A program made the position numbers and the translations under genes. From the human T2T-CHM13v2.0 reference genome, Homo sapiens, in assembly GCF_009914755.1 (NCBI RefSeq), contig NC_060930.1: 64,000 bases of DNA, one strand, 5' to 3'. Below, one piece after another: positions 27,916 to 41,499 of this stretch. How positions within the stretch are numbered: position 1 is the first letter of the stretch; each line of letters opens with the position of its first letter. The notes beneath the pieces are model-generated. The model was not told the DNA's origin. It saw only the letters and a program-made list of their open reading frames with translations, and did no database searches.

Positions 27916-28349
27916 AACATGGTTCCACAGATTTTGGAAATGCAAAAACTTTTGGCTTTTAAAAGCCCCCCTTCAAGCAGAAAAATCTATCTGCTGAACA
28001 ATAAAGACCACATAAGAGAAAATGGAGTGTGGGCCCTCCCTACTGGTTTATGCCTCACATAGAGGTCCCTGGTGGTAGGGGCCTAGATGGAGAGACAGTG
28101 TAATAGAATTGCATTAACACAGTGTCCAAGAGTGCAGAATCCACAAATGGTTGATGGGCAGGCCTCTCCTGGTCTTTGTCTCTACCCTGTCTGGCTTACA
28201 ACCCTATATTTCTATGGTTGCTTCGCTCCAATTAAACTTCAAGCTCAGCTTCCATCCTATGCAAACACCCTTTAATGTTTCTAGATCTCTTTCCTACCTG
28301 CACACATCCTTGTTTTGCATCTTTGTCTTGGAAGGACAAATAGCATGGT
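27916..28349 (+). repeat. Right copy (434 bp) of the direct duplication, abutting the LTR's terminal TG
   Basis: Begins exactly at the base after the LTR terminus (CAACA|AACATGG); matches 25890-26322. Confidence 0.98.
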
Positions 28350-28592
28350 AGAATTTTTGGACTGAAATTAAGATGTGGTTCTAAAAGTACATAATGTCAC
28401 CATGTACTCATGAGCTTTTGATTCATGCCTCATTCCATCTGTGGGGACAGCCCACTGTTTGCACCAGGCTAATTGCTACATATCCTGTAAGACCTGGTGA
28501 TGCCTCATATGCCCTGTGGAGCCTTTCCAACTCTCCCTTCCTCTGGGCTTCCCACATATCCTGGGCAACTTCCACCATAGCTTTTGATAGAC

Positions 28593-29317
<725 letters not shown>

Positions 29318-31109
29318 TGTATTGTGAATACTCTTAAAAGGCATTTCTCTATTTACAAAACTTAGCAGAATGCCTGGCACATGTCAAGAAACGTTTGTTG
29401 AATGAATAAATAAAGAAGCATCTTCCTGACTCTGATCAGCATCTAATCACTTGCTCCCTTATTTTCCTCCCTACTTGTATCTATTCTTTACCATCCTAAT
29501 ATTAACAGTTTGAACACTTGTCTGTATCTCACACCTAAGTCCTTAATGCTGTTGGGTTTATTCCTAGCCTTCAGAGGTGTCACAGGAGACATCAGTGGTA
29601 TCTGGAGCCACTCTCCAGACACGGGACATCCACACAGAACTTGGGCTCTGTGGTTTCACATCATGGCAATATACTGAGCCAACAGATTCCAATGAGTACA
29701 ACCAGCAAAATCATGGTCCATATGCCCCTTTCCTAGAAGCCAAGCTAGCAACTCAACCTTGAGGCAGCTGAAACTGCTCCTAAGAAGAGCCTCTTGTGGC
29801 TGCTAGTTCTCAAGTAGGTGATTAAAATGAGAGAGGAGGTAGCCTGGTTACTGACCAAGTAAATATCAAAAAAAGGGTTGAAAGTCAGCTCTGCAGAAAA
29901 TTGGGAGCTGCCTCACATTCTGAAGTCATTACTCCAAGAAAGTCCTCTTACATCCAGAGTTTTCTTTCTTCTCAAATTATGGGATACCTACATATAACCA
30001 CTCAGAAAGATCACATTTGTGAGAATAAAACATGATTATACCTCAAAAACATTTCCTTTCAGGATCACTCTGCTCAAGTCTCCTGGGCCCCAGTGAATTC
30101 TGATTGAAGAAGAGCCCTGGAGTAGTTACACATCCATAAAGGCTCTATTTGTTTTTATATGTACTTACCCTCTGCCTGACTCTGCCATTCTTGCTTAAGA
30201 AACATTATGTTGAAATGGAATGATATTTTATGTGAGCGAGGGTGTGGGGTGAGTCCTCTTGTAAAAGGGTGGCCTTGTCTTGATACAAGTAGACTCAGGA
30301 TGACCCAGGCTCTGGATCTTGGTTAGCAAAGTTTGCAGTGGACAGTGTTTGAATCCAGTGTTTGAAGGAATATTTCCTCCTGTAACATGGTTTTGTAATG
30401 GAAAGTCATTTTATTTTCAGGTCCCATTTTGTTTTGTAGGTTTTTTTTTTTTTTTTAATCCCAGCTTAAATAGTAAGTCTAACAATCACAAATTCTTTTC
30501 CATGGATGTTTAAGAGTAGAGTTCTTTTAATGTTCCAATGATACTGAAATACTTTGTACCAGTTTCTTTTGCATTCCCAAGAAGTGTTATAATGCAGACT
30601 GCACGCTTAAAAGAAGGAATGTTCTAAGTTTTAGTCCAAGATGCCCTGAGGTGAGAAATCAAGAACAAGGATCTCGTCTATGACTTGAGATAATAATGAG
30701 GATCCTTCAATAAATTCCTAGGGCTGTCTCTTATAGGGACTCAATCAAGTCAACTCCATATTAAATGTCTGTTGTTGTGCAAGGCATAATATGAGTGCCT
30801 TGAGAGCCATAAAGAACAAAAATCTTTGAAATGTTTCTAACCCTCAGGAGTTTACAGCAAAGTTAGGAACAAAAATTTGAATCACGATCAAGCTTTTAAT
30901 AAATCTAAATAAAAATAAAATATTTCAATAGCAGCTCAAAATAAAAAGAGACAACAGCTTTCACAAGGCTGTCCATGGTTAATTGCCAAGTGAATTCTAC
31001 AAGCAGAAAGTGCCCAGACCTCAAAGAGGGCAGGCCCAGGAAGGCATCTTTCAGGACAGGCAGAATGTAGGTAGGCTGGCAGGAGGCAAAACAAACCCAC
31101 CTGCTTCTT

Positions 31110-31596
<487 letters not shown>

Positions 31597-31619
31597 ACAC
31601 ATTACATCTTATGATACCA

Positions 31620-31805
31620 GACATCATATTATGTATTGATTATGTCTTTTAGTTTATTGTCTGTTTTTCCTACTCCAAAATAAACTCATGGAGGGTAGGT
31701 ATTTAGTATTGTTCCACTCTTGGATCCATACTGTCTATGTTACTAGCTGGCACACAATAAATACCTAGTACATATCTGTTGAATGAATAAAATCAATGAA
31801 TAATT
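31620..31805 (+). mobile_element. L2 3' end
   Basis: CTGGCACACAATAAATACC...TGTTGAATGAATAAA terminal motif. Confidence 0.6.
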
Positions 31806-33177
31806 AATTTAAACCAAAAAAAAAACAGCAAAGCTCATATAATTGTCCAACCATATCTTTTTCATATTTTTTTCTCATCTCTGTCCATTTTCTTCAACTT
31901 CGTGAGCAATAAGAGATGTTGCAAGCAACAGGCTAAGTTCCAAAAGGAGCAAGATCATTTGGAAGTTGTCCCTATGAGTTAATGGCTACTAAAACTCGGA
32001 TTATTTGCCTTGAGAAGAGTAGATAATGCAATGGGAAAATAGTTTGTCTTCCCATTTCCTCCTCCTGCATTTGCTCCTCCCCATTGGCTCCTGATCATAC
32101 CTGTGCCCCATAGGCCCCTCTTACCATCAATGTCTAAAAATAAGGGACAGAGACAAATTGTGGGGAGAAAACAAATGGTTTCCCATGTAGACCTTCTAAG
32201 TCCCACGGAGAGAGGGTTGGAATGTTACTTCCTTTTTCTCTAACGTACCTCAATGCCCTATTTTTAAGCCTGAGGATGAGTGAGTTAGCCAAGCCATGCC
32301 AAATGAAGCATGACGGTTACAAAATGTTATGTTTTCCGTGACATTAGGTCAAGCAGCAGTGACGTTCTGCTGGAGATCACTTGGCTGTACGTAAAAGTCC
32401 CTGTCACCATCACTGGAGACAGACTTATTTTGACCTAATTTTTTGTCCCATTATAATTTTGTAAGCTTAATTAAATTTGGTATGTTTCAAGAACATGGAC
32501 TATCACTAGCGCTGGGGGGAGGAGATGAACAATCAACTTTTTATTATCTCACGTTGGTGTGTGACCAGCTAAAGAATCTCATTAAAATCTTATTTGCAGG
32601 AAATGGACTCATTTATAGCTCCCCACTTGGTAGTATGTTTGTTACTAGAGCAGAGGGGAGGTAAAGTGAGTCACAAAATGTCAATGCTGGATCGTGTGAG
32701 CATCCTCCCAGACTGCACATTGCTGACACCTCATTGTGTTCTGTGTGTGTGACACAAAGCTCTGATCCATGTACACTCTAACCCCTCAGATAAAATCCTG
32801 TCCCCAGACCTGCAAAACCCATTATTGCCTAAGAAAAGCCAGAATTACTGAATGTTTTCCTTTCTTCTGACTTAAAATGCACGTCATCAACCACGTAAAG
32901 GAAAAGAACAATGCATGAAGTATCCTCTGGGGTTTCTCACCCTTTCTAAGATATTTTCATAATGAGTTTCTGCTTAAAAATTGTTTCATCAGAGGATATT
33001 GATGCTCCTGTGTGAGACCTTCTAGAGCTTCAAAGAAATAAAATCCAAACATCTCTGGGACATCTTGTGGGGAGATTGATTAAAAAACTTGGGTGTTTTT
33101 GTTTTTCATGTGAAAAATATCTTAGAGTCTACATGAGGATCTTTCTGGACTTTATGTAAATATTTTATAATATTATA

Positions 33178-33610
33178 TATTAGTCAGGATCCTGGCAAGA
33201 ACAAAATCCACCCCAGAAGTTTCCATAAAGACAGTTTGATAAATGCCTACTTACAGGTTACAAGCAGGTTAAAGAAACAAACAAGGGATGTTGAGGCACC
33301 CAGAGACTAGCGACAGTGGGAAGCTGTTCTTGTACTTCGGCCTAAAGAACAAGAGGAGGAAATAGTGCTGCTTGAATCCAGTGTAAGCTAGTAGAGGCTA
33401 CAGCCACTGTCAGAGACCCACCCAGGGAAGGTAGGAGCCCTGGAAGAAATACTCTGATTGCTATCTCCTTCCACCCCGATCTCCTGCTGGTGCTGCTCAT
33501 TGGACAAATTTCAATGTAAGCCAGTGTCACGGGACCCTGGGTAACAAAGCCTATAGGGTTCAGCTTCCCAGGACAGACCAGCAGGGAGAAAGGCCAAATA
33601 TTAATCTGTT
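33178..33610. mobile_element. Ancient ERVL/MaLR-class LTR
   Basis: TATTAGTCAGGATCCTGGCAAGAA start, GAGGCACCCAGAGACTAGC, CTGCTCATTGGACAAA; family not resolved. Confidence 0.55.
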
Positions 33611-36449
33611 TAGCATAGTACTCTTTATACTCAATGATCTTGTTCAAAATTATGTCATTATTTGCCAGGGCTTATGATAAATTTGCAGCCCATTATCCTG
33701 GCGCTTTCTCTTTATCCTGACCTCCTTTGTGACTCTGTGATCTGCACATATATTCTCGGTCCTGAACAGAGTTTTCTCTGTGCAATGCTAACTCTTCTCT
33801 GTTGAGATTAATCCCGATCTCCATATCAACTAAATAAATTTTAAAGTTATGAAAACTGTGAAAGTCCTTCTTCACTCTCATGAAATTTTAAATTCATAAT
33901 CTCTTGGCTTGGCATAGTTTCATTACTTCAAGGACATTAAAACATTTTACTTTCATTATCTCATAGATTTTTTTACCATATCTCTCTTGGGTAGGCATCT
34001 TGGTATAGTACCTAGTACAGTGATACATGAAAATAGACGTTTAATAAATGCTTGCTAAAGGGATGATCACCATCAAATGCCCCTTATGCAGATACGGGAG
34101 CTCATGCTGAAAAGTTAAGCAACCTGGCCAATATCTCGTGATGTGCCAATAGGGATATAAACCAAGTCAGAGGGCTTACCCTGAATATGCTCTCTCCAAA
34201 CTGAGATTTTGCTAAGCAGGGCAGGAATTTGAAGAAGGGTTCATTTTCTTCCTGTACTTTGACCCAATGTTAACAACAGTTGAGATAGACAGGGCATGGT
34301 TTTTCAACTGATTTGTTTACTAGATTGTCAAAGAAATATATGCCCATTACTTTTTCTTAATCATTAGACATGAAATGTCATCAACAGGAACAAAAAGTTG
34401 AGCTATACACGTATAGGAATTGAACTGAACTGTGATGGTTTTTTATTTCCGGGATGAGTAAAAGGAAAAATAAAGTGGGGATTTAAACCTAAGATTTACC
34501 TGGAAATCAGTTACAGACAGCTTTTTCTTATCAATGGAAATAAAGGACAGGAAGGAGCTGAAAAAGTAAATGTTTACAGTTTTATCTCCACAGCTGTTAT
34601 AAACTCATCTTCAACCAAACCTCCCACTGTGTTCCAAAGTTCTCAATGATGATTTTTCTTGCATGTCACTGTCTTACTAAATATCTGGTGGAGGATTCAT
34701 ATAGAGAAGGAAAAGCTGAGGGACCTGGATTCACTGCCCGCCAGATCAAATCTTTGTGGAATAATACCAATCAGGTAGATTAAGTTTTGTAAATAGGGTA
34801 AGTCATCCATTGCCATGAAAACATTTGCAGATGAGGTGGGTCTGTATTTTTGGAAGCACCCTCGGTGCCTTCCTTTGGAGAGTGTGCTACCAGCCGACAT
34901 AATTTGTAGATGGTGTCTTGTGTGCACAGCTTCGTGGTGGGTGTGATATTATAAGAGAAACCAACTGAGACCACCGTTTTCAGAATCACATTGATTTTAA
35001 ATCAGTTATACCCAGTTTCTAAATAACTTATGTTCTTTGACTGGGTATTATCTTTATTTTCTTCCTCTTTCTCTTCATACTCAGAATCACATGGAATCCT
35101 ATTTCCTACATAGGAAATATTCCTGTCTCTTGAATGTGACCTTTTTCCTCACCATCTCCTTTGCTTAAACCGGGTTACTATCTACCAGTTCTCATGTGGG
35201 CCATCACAGGCCATATTCTTAATTAGCCTCTCTCTCTCCACATTCCCACCTCAACCTCCTTCACAAGGCAAACATCTTTGTTGTTTAAAAATACAAATAT
35301 ATTCAAGTCCACCATTGCTAGCTTAAAATGCTTCAGAGGTTTCCCATGGCCTTGAAATTCAAACCTTAACATCATTCTCTTCATGCTTTTTAGCTTTCCC
35401 TCACACTATTCTGTACCTCAAATTCCCTTTTGTCCGCAAAATAAAGCCCAAAACTCAAGGCCTGTCATAATCTGATCACAGCCTGTTTCTTCAGCTTCAT
35501 TTTGTACTACTCTCTTCTTTACCATCTATATCCAGGGGTGAAATCATTGAGGCTCCAGGGAAATATCTTTGTGGCATGTGAGTAAGAGGAAATTATAGAA
35601 GACATTAGTTACAACTGAGCTACCAAACTAGATAATACACTTCCTAAAACTGATGATATTGAAAGGGCCAAAGCTAAACATTCTTTCTAGGAAGATGTTA
35701 TTTACCAAATTAATGATGAATTTCCTTAAAGCCTTATTTGAATCTTCCAATATTCTTTGTTTTTCCAAAACACAAAAACTAATCTACAAACTACTCTAGA
35801 TGGGTTGAGAATGAAGTGAAATAAAACCCGAGTCAGATAGCAAACTTAATTGTGGGGCTACATTCCATCCAGAGAAGAATAATAAAAACTAGCAACAAAA
35901 TTTCTTGGAACTAACATTTCAGGTCTCTGCCACTTCAGATGACCCCTTTATCTTTCATAGACAGATAAGACATTATTGCAAAAAGGAGGACGCTTTGTCT
36001 TCCAGATGGAACCCTAAGAACTAAGGTCCTGCTTGCCAAAGAATCATGGCTCAACATGTTGAGTAACCAAGACTTCTTATCTCTTATCTCTTCTCCAAAG
36101 ATAGTACTTTTATTGCTACAATTTATGCAAAAACTTTCAGGCTAAAATATATATGTGCATATACTTATATGCGTGCATATGTATATATGTATAAAGATAG
36201 AGACTCAAGGGAAAATATTGATAGAGAAAGAGATAGATAGATAGATAGATATAAATGGAAATTTAATATGGAAGGTCAACTATTAAATGACTTGTCTATA
36301 CCCAGCCTTTGCCACATTATTCTAAGCATAGGGAATAAAGGACAAGGTTCTGTTCCTAGGAAAGTTTACAATATTTGATGGAAGTTGGGCCTGAGGGAAG
36401 GAGAAGCATTATGGGCAAATGTTGGAGGGGGTGAGGTGGGGAGGTGGCT

Positions 36450-36590
36450 CAGATTTGCCAACTGCCTACTATGAACAGATGCTGTGATTAGATCTGTTAT
36501 ATGAGGGTATCTCATTTAATTCTTACCAAATCAGTGCATGAAAGTGATATCTCTGTTTTCCAGATGAGGAAACTGAGGGTTGGAGGAAGA
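36450..36590 (-). mobile_element. MIR SINE fragment
   Basis: ATCTCATTTAATTCTTAC...TTTTCCAGATGAGGAAACTGAGG. Confidence 0.75.
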
Positions 36591-37083
36591 GCCCAATGAA
36601 AGGGCAGTCCCATTGAGTAGCTGTCAGAGAATCGTTTAAAAGAGACTTAAGACATTTTGCAATTAATCAGGAATGTGGTGTTTGTTAACTTAAAATAATT
36701 TTATTGCATGGTTGCTTACATAACTGGTAAAGTGTAAATTGGTCCCCTTCTGCTCAGCACATGTATTACTCTCTTACGTGAATTTAACCATACAACAGAA
36801 AGAAGTTTACACGTATATTTTAACAATTTCCTCACTGCCTTTTAAGGAAGATAGAGTCTGGTACTGAGCGTTGGTTCTTTGATTTGTTGAGTTCAACAAA
36901 ATTGATATTCTCAGGAAAATGGTCTTTGACATAGCTGAAGGTTTATATCATTCTGCGAAGGAGATTCCAAGCTTAGAGAGAGAGGCTGAGGTAAGATTAA
37001 GTTGCTCTGCCAAGAAAGGGAGAGAGATTTCAGGAGGTGTAAGACCTGAGAATACGGTGTCAGAGTTGGGAAGGTTGAGGCCT

Positions 37084-37137
37084 GAAAGAGAAAAGGGAAG
37101 GGGGGGGGGGGGGGAAAGAGAGAGAGAGAGAGAGAGA
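37084..37137 (+). repeat. 54-bp pure purine tract with G15 and (GA)n
   Basis: GAAAGAGAAAAGGGAA-G15-AAAGAGAGAG... Confidence 0.95.
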
Positions 37138-37188
37138 CTTGGGCAAGGGGTCTATTCAAAGGGGCTTCTCAAGTTGCAGGCTGTGTGG

Positions 37189-37350
37189 GAGGGCTGGTTC
37201 AGGGTTTTCTTCTCTTGTGTCTCCCACGGGGCCAATGCAGTGCCGAAAAATATATAATGTCAATAAACGCTGAATTGGATTGAATCAAGATTGCCAAAGA
37301 AGAGGAAATAAAAGAGAAAAATCAAAGTGACCAATGAGAAGCAGGGTATT
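37189..37350 (+). repeat. Copy 1 of a ~160-bp diverged local duplication
   Basis: Aligns with 39267-39428 at the same offset (2078) at both ends; shared ATGTCAATAAA, GGATTGAATCAAGA and AAATCAAAGTGAC. Confidence 0.88.
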
Positions 37351-37749
37351 TGCAGTGTGATCATCCTCCATACTTCTGGAAGCAGTAGATTTTGTTAAAG
37401 TCTTCACCAAATATATGAGTCTACAGGGGTCATTAATGTTTTTGACTTGGGGAAACTGGAGTCATAGGACAAGAAGGTGGACATACTGTTCAAAACAAAG
37501 GAATGTGGAATTTTTGTTATTAGAAAGTCAGTCTCTCCAATTCTCACTAAATAAAGATAAGTATCTAAAACCTATCCATTTGAAGGGGAAGCTGGTCATC
37601 ATCCTGCCCGATGCACTGATGTCTCTGTCAGGTCTTATCTCTGGCAAAACAACCAAGCCAGGCAGGCAACCATTGGCAGAGAGGCCTCATACCCAGCCCT
37701 GATTTCTTTCACCACACACGACCTCTTGTACCATGGGAACAATTCAGAA

Positions 37750-37960
37750 CTTGGAGAGGGGAAACTTAGTTTTAAATCTCAGCTCTACTACTTACTAGGG
37801 TTTAAATTAGTATAACTGAATCTAAATTAGGCTCTCTGGGTCTGCTGCCCCTATCTGTGAACTGTGAATAATCAAACATTTCAGTCTATCTCACAGGTCA
37901 CTTTCAAGACTCATATGAAATAACAAATGAGAAAGTATTTTGTAGACCATACAGAACTTT
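37750..37960 (+). mobile_element. MIR SINE
   Basis: TTTAAATCTCAGCTCTACTACTTACTAG...CTCTCTGGGTCTG...CTATCTGTGAA. Confidence 0.6.
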
Positions 37961-39266
37961 AAGCGACTGGGCCAGCTAATCCTGCAGAAATACCTGAACA
38001 ATCATGAACATACTTGCTCTGAAAGGAGAGATCCTGGGTCCGCATAAACTGATGTTACCGAAGAGTATTAGTCACTTGGCAAATGCCGAAATTACCACTA
38101 TGAAAATAAAACAAAAAAATCCAAAGCAAAACAACCAAAAACAAACAAACAAAAAAGCAAGACAAAAACCAAACATACACATCCAAGAGATTAGGCCTCT
38201 TGTTTTTACAGTTAGCATTAAAGTTTAGTTTAGTCATGTGACTTGGTAAATAGTTCAGTATTCTCTTTTTGACTCAGTTTGGTTCCTGGAACTGTGGCAG
38301 GAAGAAACAAAATGGGATTCAATAGAGTGTTTAGCATGAAGTTCATTAGGTAGTACCTTTCTCCTAATAATGCTGGGCATTCTGGAAGTCATTTTGAACA
38401 ACCTGAATGGCAAGTATTGCTGTGAAAGCCTTCCTGGTTTCTTGTGTGTCTGAAGTAAGAAGGATTGAGTTTGGTGCTTTGAGCCAGTGACAAGAAGTCC
38501 TCAGTCTTATCATTACTCCCATCTTGGTACCTGCAGACCCAATGTAAACTCTCTTGACCTTGACTGAGATGGCATGATCTTTTTCCTTCTATTTCAGAAG
38601 ACTTTTTTAGGTGTAAAAATACAAGTACTCTATGAAATCTGATTTCTATTCCTCAAGATAGAGAGGAACAGTGAGTCTCACTACAAATTTGTTTCAAGGC
38701 TCTTCCCACTCATATCGCTTTTTTTTTCAGACATGAGAGACTGCTGAGTCAAACCAATAACTAGGTTAGCATTTCTCTTCTTTAACCAGCCAATAAAATA
38801 AAAGCAATTAAGCAATAGAAGGTATGGAGAAACTTCAGGCAACATAGCAGGTTTTTAAAGTTATATCTTGTGGATTTCTTATCCCTAGAGCACAGGAAAT
38901 ATTAGTGCCAGGAAAATCTACATTTATGTCTCCCTTAGGCATGTATTCCTATAATAGCCAATTTAAGATTTTCGAAAAATTGTGCTTTTCCTAAAACATA
39001 TGAAAAATGAATCAGCTGTGGTACCACTCCTGGGGATTGTGTTTGTCATAAGAAAGGATTTGTATTACACCATCAGACACTTTAATTTCCATGCCTAATA
39101 TATTTTGTCACATTTTCACTACCTCCTAATTGAAATGAGGCTGAGCAACTGTCAATTTGGATGGCTTTTAAAGGCTGGAGGATAATCATCAACCTGTTTC
39201 CAAAGCACTTCAATGAGTGAGTGCATGTAGACCATGTCAACACAAGCCTTGGAGAACACACTCTCA

Positions 39267-39428
39267 GAGGGCTGAGACAGGGTTTTCCTTCTCTTATATT
39301 TCCCATAGGGTTGACGCAGCACCAAAAATATAAGATGTCAATAAATGCTGAACTGGATTGAATCAAGACTGCAAAAGGAGACAAAATACAAGAGACAAAT
39401 CAAAGTGACAAATGGGAAACAGGGCATT
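39267..39428 (+). repeat. Copy 2 of a ~160-bp diverged local duplication
   Basis: Aligns with 37189-37350. Confidence 0.88.
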
Positions 39429-39589
39429 GAGGAAACAAAAAGACAGAAGCCAAACCATTCTTTAAATAGGAAGTACAAAGGGTACCAATCAAAAGTCAAC
39501 CCCATTGAGGCCTTTTGGATAAGTTCCTTTTCCTTTTCCTATTGACCTCCCTATGGATCTGTTCTTCCACTGATATCATTGACCTTGAT

Positions 39590-39920
39590 CAACTATCAAA
39601 TTCCAACCCATCCTTTAAAACCTATCTCAAAATCACCTTCCCTGGGAAGGCTTTCTTGATGTCCCCAGAAAAAGTGAGTTGCTTCCTTTCCTGTGAAGTT
39701 TCTACCTTCCTAGGACTTTGTCCTTGATTTTGTCTCAGGACTTATATGTTTACAGTTTCTTTACACATCTGTCTCTTCCATCCTCTTTGCCTCCAGACTC
39801 AGGTTATAACTTTACTGAAGATCTAACTTTCTTTTTCCTATCTGCATCAACTATCTATGTAACCAATCCCTAACCCAGTCTCTGGCCCACAGGAAGTGCT
39901 CCATAAATGTTTACTGAACA
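39590..39920 (+). mobile_element. L2 3' fragment
   Basis: CTCAAAATCACCTTCCCTGGGAAGGC...CTGGCCCACAGGAAGTGCTCCATAAATGTTTACTGAA. Confidence 0.65.
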
Positions 39921-41499
39921 ATGCACAAGGTAGCTTCCATTTGTAGGCTCTATTAGATGTATCAAAATGCAAAAGGAGCTTTTTGAGTGTCTGCTTGAAC
40001 CCCAAGAAGGCTACAGCTCTTTCTCAACAGGCAAGAAGAGAAACATGTTAGACGCAGAAGAGTGACCTACATAGGCTTCATTCTTATCTCAATGTGTGAG
40101 CCACAACCCAGCACACCAAATGGTTCACATCCCTGTAGAACAAATGAAACCAATAGACACTCGTGATAGGGAAGTTCTTTCAAAAGACTCACTGTCCTGC
40201 TTACATCAAGATGCAATATGGGATCACTCTCTACACTGCTTTCTCAAGGGCCTGGTTTAATTTGGTTTTAAAATAACCACTACAGAGAGGGTTCCATGAA
40301 TTCCCTAAGATGGCTGTCTCCTAAATTAGTGGACTTCTAGGGATCTCTTGTATAAATAAACAGTTTGTGACACTGAAACAGGGCTAGGCCACTTTGGTAT
40401 TTGTCTGTGCGCAGCTTAACTGAAACATAGCTGGACTTGGAACGTGTTTATACAAACTAGCTAATCCTACTAGGTCATCATGACCTGCAATCACCCTGCT
40501 CTTCCCAGCCCATATTCGTCGTGTGCCCACCAAGGCAGTAGCTTCATAATGAGGAGGAGTTTCCATTACAGAGGCAGGTAGGACCCCTGCACTGCTTTCC
40601 TTTCACTCAAGCAACCCACGCCTCCCTGTATCTAAAACTCCCACTCTCCTTGATAAAGAAAAAACACAAAGAGCACCAACTTCCGAAGGGCTGCTGTGCT
40701 GAACTTGAGAGAAATCTTCTCTTTGTTACCAGTTGGGTCAGACTTAGAAACTCTTAAACCGGAGGTCTACTGCACTGTGTGGTGGCAGTCACTTTGCTTA
40801 AGTAGAGCTTTGTGGCCACTCATGATAATTCCAGTTACTAAATAGTTCACTTATACAAATGTCAATGATACTCCAATATTGTGATACTCCAATAGGCTTG
40901 CAAAGTCATACTTTGAAATCACGGCATATCTTAAAATATTCTGCATTTAGAATCTGACAGAACCTAAACTATATTTTCTTCAAATGTCTCTTGTAAATTT
41001 TTGAACAGCCTGAGGATTCTGAGGGGATATTAATGCATGTGTTTTTGATTCATTTACTCTCATACCATTAAAATCCTGTATTATAAGAACTAGCTGATGT
41101 TCAAGAAACTAGTTAAAATTTTAAATAATCTTTGTAAAGGCTTTCTTCTTAACAACAGGAAGATGTGTTTGCCAAAAGAAAATGAACTCAAACACTAGAA
41201 AATCTGGGTTTGATTCAAAACTAACCCGGGAGGTTTAAAAGGGCCATAAATTTGGTGAGTGAGATGAGTTGAGTTTCCATATACTACATATCCATATGCC
41301 GTGTTGATACTCGGTGTGCACATGCTATCTCACACGTGCTGATGTATAGTGTTAACATTTGAAAGGTCAGAGACAGTTGGCAGGTTAGGTTGGAACAGGG
41401 TTCTAATGAGGTCAAGATTCCAGACCTGAGCATGGAGTGCCACTTCTCTTAAACCAACCACTTGCCATTAATGAGCTCAGCAGCCTTGGGCTACTCTGA

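Noticed and set aside
25890-28349. Treating the 433-bp repeats as the LTRs of a novel retroelement
   Set aside because: They lack TG...CA termini, a PBS and their own TSD, and the real LTR and PBS lie inside them.
26124-28351. Apparent pair of paralogous small genes (26124-26330 and 28151-28351)
   Set aside because: They are chance ORFs inside the two copies of the 433-bp duplication.
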